DNA of 52,926 nt from Candidatus Omnitrophota bacterium (GTDB lineage: Bacteria > Omnitrophota > Gorgyraeia > Aquiviventales > Aquiviventaceae). Positions 51,361-52,926 of this stretch are shown here, piece after piece. A model generated the notes under the pieces. That model did no database searches, was not told the DNA's origin, and saw nothing but the letters and a program-made list of their open reading frames with translations. The first letter of the stretch is position 1. Each line of letters opens with the position of its first letter. Position numbers and translations under genes: made by a program. Location: positions 2,435 through 55,360 of the forward strand of contig JACPSQ010000035.1 in NCBI GenBank assembly GCA_016193195.1, written 5' to 3'.

Positions 51361-52496
51361 CGATCGCTGATGACCACTCCCGACATCCTCGCCTGCTCAT
51401 CGTGAATCCCTTCGGGATCGGGGATGTGCTGTTCTCCACCCCGCTGGTCCGTGCGATCCGGCAGGCGTTCCCCCGCGCCTACCTGGCGTACCTGTGCAAC
51501 CGGCGGACGGAAAGGATTCTCCACCGCAACCCGCACCTCGATGAGTTGTTCGTCTACGAGAAAGACGAGCTCATGCAGTTCTGTCGCACGGCCCCGATCC
51601 GGTGCCTGTGGCAGCTCAGCGGCCTGATCCGACGCATCTGGCGTCGGCGCTTGGACCTCGTCATCGATCTCTCCTTGGGCGAGCGCTACAGCTTCCTCCT
51701 GGCCCTGCTGCGGGTCCCACGACGCATCGGCTTCAACTACCGAAACCGGGGACGCTTCCTGACGCATGCCCTGGCCATTGACGGCTATCATGAAGGCCAC
51801 GTCGTTGAGTACTACCGGCGCCTCCTGCATGGCTTCGGCATCCGGCTCCTCGACGGCTCGTTGGAGTTGCCAGTCGCTGGCGAGGATCAGCGCTGGGCGC
51901 AGCGGTGGCTTGAAGAGCACCGCCTCCTTGGGCGTGAGCGGCTGCTGGTTGGCATCCTCCCGGCAGGAGGGGTGAGCTGGGGGGTGGACGCGGCGTTTCG
52001 GCGGTGGAGCTTCAAGGGGTTTGCGGCGGTTGGGGATGCGCTCGTCGAGCGCTACGGGGCCCAGATCATCCTCTTTGGAGAGGCCTCGGATACGGCGGTC
52101 TGCAGGACCGTGACGCACCTCATGCGGCAGCCGACGATCGACGTGAGCGGCCATACCACCTTGGGGCAGTTCGTCAGTCTGTTGAGCCACCTCAGCCTGG
52201 TCCTCTGCAACGACGGGGGGCCGTTACATCTTGCCGTGAGCCAGGGGGTGAAGACGGTGTCCGTCTTTGGGCCCGTGGACCCCGATGTGTACGGCCCGTA
52301 CCCGCCAGCCTCTTCATCCCATCAGGTGGTAGTCCACGAAGGCCTGCCGTGCCGGCCTTGCTACCACCACTTTAAGCTCCCGCCATGCCCATATGAGCGC
52401 GCGTGCCTCATGACGATTGAGCCTGATGAGGTCATTGCAGCGTGCGCGGCGCTGCTGGATGGGGAGCGCCATGGGGAGGCGACCACCGCCGAATGA
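51357..52496 (+). CDS. Glycosyltransferase family 9 (LPS heptosyltransferase-like), second tandem copy
   Basis: 'LLIVNPFGIGDVLFSTPLVRAIRQAFPRAYLAYLC', 'VLCNDGGPLHLAVSQGVKTVSVFGP'. ATGA overlaps at both ends. Confidence 0.85.
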   Translation: MTIADDHSRHPRLLIVNPFGIGDVLFSTPLVRAIRQAFPRAYLAYLCNRRTERILHRNPHLDELFVYEKDELMQFCRTAPIRCLWQLSGLIRRIWRRRLDLVIDLSLGERYSFLLALLRVPRRIGFNYRNRGRFLTHALAIDGYHEGHVVEYYRRLLHGFGIRLLDGSLELPVAGEDQRWAQRWLEEHRLLGRERLLVGILPAGGVSWGVDAAFRRWSFKGFAAVGDALVERYGAQIILFGEASDTAVCRTVTHLMRQPTIDVSGHTTLGQFVSLLSHLSLVLCNDGGPLHLAVSQGVKTVSVFGPVDPDVYGPYPPASSSHQVVVHEGLPCRPCYHHFKLPPCPYERACLMTIEPDEVIAACAALLDGERHGEATTAE

Positions 52497-52926
52497 GGGT
52501 CGCGGCGGTCTACTGCGTCTACAACGAAGATGAGTACATCGAGTACTCCATTCGGTCGGTGGCGGGGTTGGTCGATCGCCTCTATGTGTTGCTCGGCGAC
52601 GGCCCCTACATCGCCTATAACCGGCTGGCCCGCAGCGAGTTCCGGGCGGCTGACCAGACGGAAGCCATCGTGCAGCGGCTGGCCGCCACCTTCCCGCACA
52701 TCCGGCTTGTGAAGGGACGGTGGGACTCTGAGCTGGACCACCGCAACGCGGGCATCAGGCTCTGCCGTGAAGACGGTATGGATTACTACTTCCTGGTGGA
52801 CGGCGATGAGGTGTACCGCCGCGATCACCTCGAGCGCCTCCGACAGGAGATCCAGGCACGCCCGCACGTGGGCCAATTCATCATCAAGTGTGATACGTTC
52901 TGGAGGAGCTTCCGCTACCGGATCCC
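52493..52926 (+). CDS. Glycosyltransferase family 2-like, 5' partial (runs off the window)
   Basis: This ORF is not in the ORF track because it has no stop. My own translation from ATG 52493 is MRVAAVYCVYNEDEYIEYSIRSVAGLVDRLYVLLGDGP...YYFLVDGDEVYRRDHL (GT2-like N-terminus and DxD). The frame stays open to the window end. Confidence 0.6.
   Translation, partial: MRVAAVYCVYNEDEYIEYSIRSVAGLVDRLYVLLGDGPYIAYNRLARSEFRAADQTEAIVQRLAATFPHIRLVKGRWDSELDHRNAGIRLCREDGMDYYFLVDGDEVYRRDHLERLRQEIQARPHVGQFIIKCDTFWRSFRYRI

Noticed and set aside
1-52926. Scan for tRNA/rRNA genes, CRISPR repeats, IS elements, integrases, toxin-antitoxin or defence-system genes.
   Set aside because: I found no repeat-spacer periodicity and no transposase, integrase or nuclease-type translations. 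There are no terminal inverted repeats and no non-coding stretch long enough for structured RNAs other than 6880-6984.

Overview
This 52.9-kb window is visibly GC-rich, with strong G/C preference at third codon positions. It is an almost gap-free array of about 45 genes, all on the + strand, devoted to cell-surface glycan synthesis in a Gram-negative-type bacterium. Markers for that envelope type are two GT9 heptosyltransferases, an O-antigen-ligase-like protein, Wzx and a WecA-like initiating transferase. I recognised no rRNA, tRNA, CRISPR array, transposase, integrase or phage genes. All calls rest on motif recognition in the supplied translations; no homology search was run.

Layout:
(1) 1-6879 is the tail of an upstream operon. 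It holds GT-C-like membrane proteins, a GT4, a TPR-bearing membrane protein that looks split by a frameshift, and an AsnB-type amidotransferase.
(2) 6880-6984 is the only real intergenic region. It has a sigma70-like promoter and a perfect 8-3-8 palindrome in front of a MarR/EPS-type wHTH regulator.
(3) 7653-35514 is an unusually elaborate nonulosonic-acid (pseudaminic-acid-type) block. It contains PseB, PseC, PseG and a GNAT, but also four NeuB-family synthase domains, three of them in fusions: Gfo-remnant+NeuB-like+cytidylyltransferase, formyltransferase+PseI, and NeuB-like+cytidylyltransferase. It also has a second PseG-like domain fused to a ~650-aa unknown region, a B12-binding radical SAM enzyme with a non-canonical Cys motif, a radical SAM enzyme with a partial SPASM/Twitch-like tail, a HemL-like aminotransferase, a glutaminase-dead AsnB homologue, a 658-aa orphan protein, Wzx, a GT2 and a methyltransferase.
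(4) 35518-47237 holds tailoring and lipid-carrier genes: methyltransferases, a deacetylase+GT+DUF218 triple fusion, a WecE-like aminotransferase, a GT2, an acetyltransferase, an ArnT-like GT-C, a GT4, a transglutaminase-like/TPR protein and an ArnA-decarboxylase-like SDR.
(5) 47240-52926 covers initiation, ligation and core: a WecA-like fusion, a ligase-like protein, two GT9 and a partial GT2.

The most interesting signal is the multi-synthase, radical-SAM-decorated nonulosonic acid module. Its gene content exceeds any canonical Pse/Leg/Neu pathway and may encode undescribed sugar chemistry. Two apparent gene lesions (12.85 kb, 4.3 kb) and two gene remnants or small ORFs (20.2 kb, 43.8 kb) also deserve checking.
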